Shown here piece after piece: positions 60,424 to 64,000 of a DNA stretch of 64,000 nt; position 1 is the first letter of the stretch; every line of letters begins with the position of its first letter. A program made the translations under genes and the position numbers. The DNA is taken from contig CAWVYJ010000001.1 of NCBI GenBank assembly GCA_963934365.1, positions 377 to 64,376 on the forward strand, read 5' to 3'. The DNA comes from an uncultured Dehalococcoidales bacterium. GTDB lineage: Bacteria; Chloroflexota; Dehalococcoidia; Lucifugimonadales; Lucifugimonadaceae. The notes below the pieces were generated by a model. It searched no databases and was not told the origin of the DNA. It saw only the letters and a program-made list of their open reading frames with translations.

Positions 60424-62802
60424 TTACAGAACTGGTCGTGGTTTGCCTGGTTCGCCGGCGCCTACTACGCCTTCGTCTTCTAGCTCGTCCATAAGGCGTG
60501 CTGCCCGTGGATAACCGATGCGGAGTCGGCGTTGTAGCAGTGAGACCGATAGCGTCTGCTGCGACTGTGCGAGGCTTGCGGCCTGATCGAACAATGAGTC
60601 GCCATCGGTTGCACTTGATGCGGTGCCGCCGTTGTCTGCTCCCGCATCGTCGAAGCTAACGGTGAGCTCGGGCAAAGGCGGTCCGCCCATACCCTGCCAC
60701 GACGATACAACGCCCTCGATCTCGTGGTCGTTCAAGAACGCACCCTGAACACGAGATGGCTTCGGCTTATCGATTGGCATGTACAGCATGTCGCCGCGAC
60801 CGAGCAGTTTTTCAGCACCAGTTGAATCAAGAATTGTTCGTGAGTCAATTTGCGACATCACCGCAAATGAAATACGGCTTGGGAAGTTGGCTTTAATTAA
60901 TCCAGTTACAACATCAACCGACGGACGTTGAGTTGCGACCACCAGATGGACTCCTGTCGCTCGGCCAAGCTGTGCCAGTCGCACAAGTAGGCGTTCTACA
61001 TCGCCGGCAGCCGTTAGCATTAGGTCGGCAAGCTCGTCGACGAGAATGACTAAGTAGGGCATCTTCTCGTCCATTTTCTCGTTGTACGAGGCTATGTTTT
61101 TCACAGCCGCCTGTTCGAGCTGACGGAATCGTCCCATCATTTCGTCGACTAGCGACCGGAGAACGATTACAGCTCGATCGGCTTCGACGATCACTGGGTG
61201 ATAAAGATGCGGGATACCTTGATATGGCGTTAACTCGACTCGCTTGGGGTCGATCATCACTAGCCGTAGTTCGAGCGGCGTTTTGGTCAAGATTAGCCCG
61301 CTGATGATGGCGTTCATGCACACGCTTTTGCCTGATCCGGTTGATCCGGCAACTAGGGTGTGTGGCATTCGAGAAAGATCAGCCATTACTGGCTCGCCGC
61401 CGCTGCCGAGACCGAGCGGGACGGGCAATGCAGCCGTTTTGGCGAACGCTTCCCATTCAGGCGTGTCCATCACCGAGCGCAAAGTCACTTCAGTTGGGTG
61501 TGAGTTTGGCACTTCGATACCAACGACCGATTCGCCCGGAACGGGAGCTTCAAATCGAAGACTCGGTGATGCAAGTGCGAGTGCTATATCTTTTTCTCTA
61601 TTGAGAATAGTGTCTACTCGAACGCGCTGGCCTCCGGTATTTTCTTCTGATCGACCCTTCCAGCCGGGACTGAGTCCGTACATCGTTACGGTCGGACCTT
61701 GGCGAACCTGATCGACACTAACATCGATACCGAACTGCCCGAGCGATTCCTCAACGGCGCGACTTGTGGTATCGATTTCTTCTTGAGTGATACCACCGGG
61801 TTTTGCGATAGCCAGCATGTCGCGGTTAGGCAGATGCCATGGATATCGCTGAGCGGCAGAGTAATCGGGCACCGGAGCTGCGACGTCCTTGGCAGCTTCT
61901 ACTTCAGTGGGGGTAGGGTAGGCAACGGTTACTGGAGTCGCAGGGTCTTGGGGGAGTCGGTCGACGAATTTGGCGAGCTCGGATTCCGAAGCGGTTTCAG
62001 TGTTTGCTGTGGTTGGTGATGTATCAGTCGTAATGTCAGATGAAGATGGCGTGCCAGAGTTTTGAACGGCATCAAGCGCGATGGCCTCATTCTCGGCATC
62101 GATCTTCGCCTGAGCCGTCTGGTCAGCTTCGTACTCGGCAATATCAGCTTTTTGCAGTTCTTTAGCCTTCGCACGTTCAGATCGCCATTTTTCGAGTTTG
62201 ATAGATAGTGTGCGCAAACCACCAAAGACCATTGCGTAGAAAGTAACGACCACACTACTTAGTTTTGAGCCTGTTTGTTTTGCCCAATTCGGTGATCCGA
62301 TTACGAAGGCGATCAAGAGCAGGGCAAATACTCTCACCCAAGCAATGGCGTAATCGGAAATACCAACATCAAAACGATCCCACTCTTGAGGTAGTCGAGA
62401 AATCGCCATTCCAACATCGCCACCAAAAGTCTCTCCGCTGAATGCTGCGAGCGGGGCGTAGAAAATACCAAGCCCGCCCGATATTGCTGCCGACAGTGAT
62501 AGTGACGAACCCACCCAGCGCCATCGTCCGAACAATACAGTTCGTTTGAACACAATAAGGAACAAGGTGGCTACTAGCCATAGACCAAGCGGAATCGCCG
62601 ACCATCCGACCATTTTTCCGGTGTCGTCTTGGAAGAAGAAGTATATGGTCGCTGCCACCGCTGCTATTACGATAGCGAACCATAATTGCGTAGGTGCTGC
62701 AACTAAAAGCCGACCAACAAACTTCGCCATCGAGACGATGATTCGACCGAATTTGACGAAGGCGGTTGCGCCGGTTTTTTTAGTTGTGTATTTAGACGTC
62801 AA
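60424..62802 (-). CDS. ftsK: DNA translocase FtsK/SpoIIIE
   Basis: N-terminal TMs, GIEVPN, AGSTGSGKS, IDPKRVEL, VDELADLM, ATQRPS and gamma-domain LQRRLRIGYPRAAR. Confidence 0.97.
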   Translation of the reverse strand: MTSKYTTKKTGATAFVKFGRIIVSMAKFVGRLLVAAPTQLWFAIVIAAVAATIYFFFQDDTGKMVGWSAIPLGLWLVATLFLIVFKRTVLFGRWRWVGSSLSLSAAISGGLGIFYAPLAAFSGETFGGDVGMAISRLPQEWDRFDVGISDYAIAWVRVFALLLIAFVIGSPNWAKQTGSKLSSVVVTFYAMVFGGLRTLSIKLEKWRSERAKAKELQKADIAEYEADQTAQAKIDAENEAIALDAVQNSGTPSSSDITTDTSPTTANTETASESELAKFVDRLPQDPATPVTVAYPTPTEVEAAKDVAAPVPDYSAAQRYPWHLPNRDMLAIAKPGGITQEEIDTTSRAVEESLGQFGIDVSVDQVRQGPTVTMYGLSPGWKGRSEENTGGQRVRVDTILNREKDIALALASPSLRFEAPVPGESVVGIEVPNSHPTEVTLRSVMDTPEWEAFAKTAALPVPLGLGSGGEPVMADLSRMPHTLVAGSTGSGKSVCMNAIISGLILTKTPLELRLVMIDPKRVELTPYQGIPHLYHPVIVEADRAVIVLRSLVDEMMGRFRQLEQAAVKNIASYNEKMDEKMPYLVILVDELADLMLTAAGDVERLLVRLAQLGRATGVHLVVATQRPSVDVVTGLIKANFPSRISFAVMSQIDSRTILDSTGAEKLLGRGDMLYMPIDKPKPSRVQGAFLNDHEIEGVVSSWQGMGGPPLPELTVSFDDAGADNGGTASSATDGDSLFDQAASLAQSQQTLSVSLLQRRLRIGYPRAARLMDELEDEGVVGAGEPGKPRPVL

Positions 62803-64000
62803 TTGAGGATGTGATGATCAGTGGGCGGCGTTTTGTACGTCGTCCTAGAAAACTTCCAACAGTTGTGCGGACAACATCATCGAGATTGCCCCACTCTGTC
62901 GGCTTTTTTAACAGTTTTTCAAGCACAAGAGTCAGAGCATCTTCAGTTTCGCGTAATAGTCCGTCGGAGTCCTCTGTGTGAACGAAACCGGCTGAGACGA
63001 TTTTTGGCCTGCCGACGAGTGAGCCGTCGACAGTGTCACGTGAGAACGCCACGCTGACAACCCCGTTGTGCTGAAGCGATCGGCGTTCGACAACGACATT
63101 ACCGGATTCGTCCCACATGCCGAGTCCGTGCACAAAGATGTGTCCGGCTTTGATTCGATCAACGACTTCACCTGCATTTGCATCGATCTCTAGAATGTCG
63201 CCATCCGTGAGCAGGAATGCGTTCTCAGGTGCGACGCCAGTTGAGATAGCGAGGTCGACGTGGGCCCTCAGCATTCGGTACTCACCGTGAACAGGTACGA
63301 AGTACTTAGGGCGTGTTGCGTTGAGCAGCATCCGGAGTTCTTCTTTGCGAGCGTGGCCAGGCACGTGTGTACGTGTCTCGTGATTGGTAATTACCCTAGC
63401 GCCGAGTCGAACCAGTTCGTTAATCGACTCGTTTACCGGAACTTCGTTGCCCGGAATAGTGCTTGCGGACATGATGATCGTGTCGCCATCTTGAATCCGG
63501 ATATCTCGGTGATCGTTACGTGACATGCGAACGAGACCCGACTGTGGCTCACCTTGGCTTCCCGTGGTGAGAATTAGCACTTTGTCTCCGGGGAGGCTGT
63601 TCGCTTCAGCGGCTGTGATCATGAGGTCGCCAGGGATATCCAAGTGACCAAGTTCGCGACCTGTCTTGGTGTTGTTAATCATGCTGCGTCCGAGAACACA
63701 GAGCTTTCGACCGTGTTTGATGCAGGCGTCGGCAACGATCTGGATTCGTGCGATCTGAGAAGCGAAACTTGAAATAATGATTCGATTTTCAGCGTCACCG
63801 ATAAGGCCGGGTAGATTCTCAACTACTTCACGATCGGAAGGCGAGTAGCCTTCTTCCTCTGCATAAGTAGAATCGGCCATGAGAAGCAGTGCCCCGTCTT
63901 GGCAAATGTCGGCGAGCAAGCCAAGGTCGGATGGAGGTCCGATTACTGGTGCGTTGTCGAGTTTGAAGTCACCGGTGTGAATTACAACTCCGGCTGGCGT
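62792..64000 (-). CDS. rnj: Ribonuclease J, 5'-truncated by the window edge
   Basis: HTGDFK (frame open to 64000), DST, GRSM, TGSQGEP, IPGNE, HVPGHA and PVHGEYRML. Confidence 0.95.
   Translation of the reverse strand, partial: TPAGVVIHTGDFKLDNAPVIGPPSDLGLLADICQDGALLLMADSTYAEEEGYSPSDREVVENLPGLIGDAENRIIISSFASQIARIQIVADACIKHGRKLCVLGRSMINNTKTGRELGHLDIPGDLMITAAEANSLPGDKVLILTTGSQGEPQSGLVRMSRNDHRDIRIQDGDTIIMSASTIPGNEVPVNESINELVRLGARVITNHETRTHVPGHARKEELRMLLNATRPKYFVPVHGEYRMLRAHVDLAISTGVAPENAFLLTDGDILEIDANAGEVVDRIKAGHIFVHGLGMWDESGNVVVERRSLQHNGVVSVAFSRDTVDGSLVGRPKIVSAGFVHTEDSDGLLRETEDALTLVLEKLLKKPTEWGNLDDVVRTTVGSFLGRRTKRRPLIITSSIDV

Overview
Bacterial chromosomal segment, most likely Chloroflexota (Dehalococcoidia/SAR202-like). 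That assignment is inferred from gene content and protein style and is not proven. About 1-34 kb and 56-64 kb are mostly housekeeping genes: rsmD-coaD, lysS, serS, pth, ligA, tyrS, ribF, an aromatic cluster (trpA, aroH, DAHP synthase), ftsH, infC-rpmI-rplT, ctaA/ctaB, a sortase, tsaD, a fused accDA, ftsK and rnj. About 34-56 kb is an accessory catabolic region with three mandelate-racemase/enolase-superfamily enzymes, an HpcH aldolase, an SDR, a metallophosphoesterase, a DapA-like protein, beta-propeller proteins, MFS transporters and a family-5 ABC importer without an ATPase. I found no rRNA, tRNA, CRISPR array, integrase or transposase. The most notable signals are: (1) a structured, Phe/Tyr-rich 52-codon uORF upstream of DAHP synthase that looks like a leader-peptide attenuator lacking an intrinsic terminator; (2) several intact genes whose products have lost canonical catalytic residues (DapA-like without the Schiff-base Lys, a cupredoxin without Cu ligands, Cys-less peroxiredoxin-like proteins, and AccDA with altered oxyanion-hole motifs); (3) several decayed genes in apparent intergenic gaps; (4) an ATA start codon for infC. 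All calls come from motif recognition by eye; no database searches were run.
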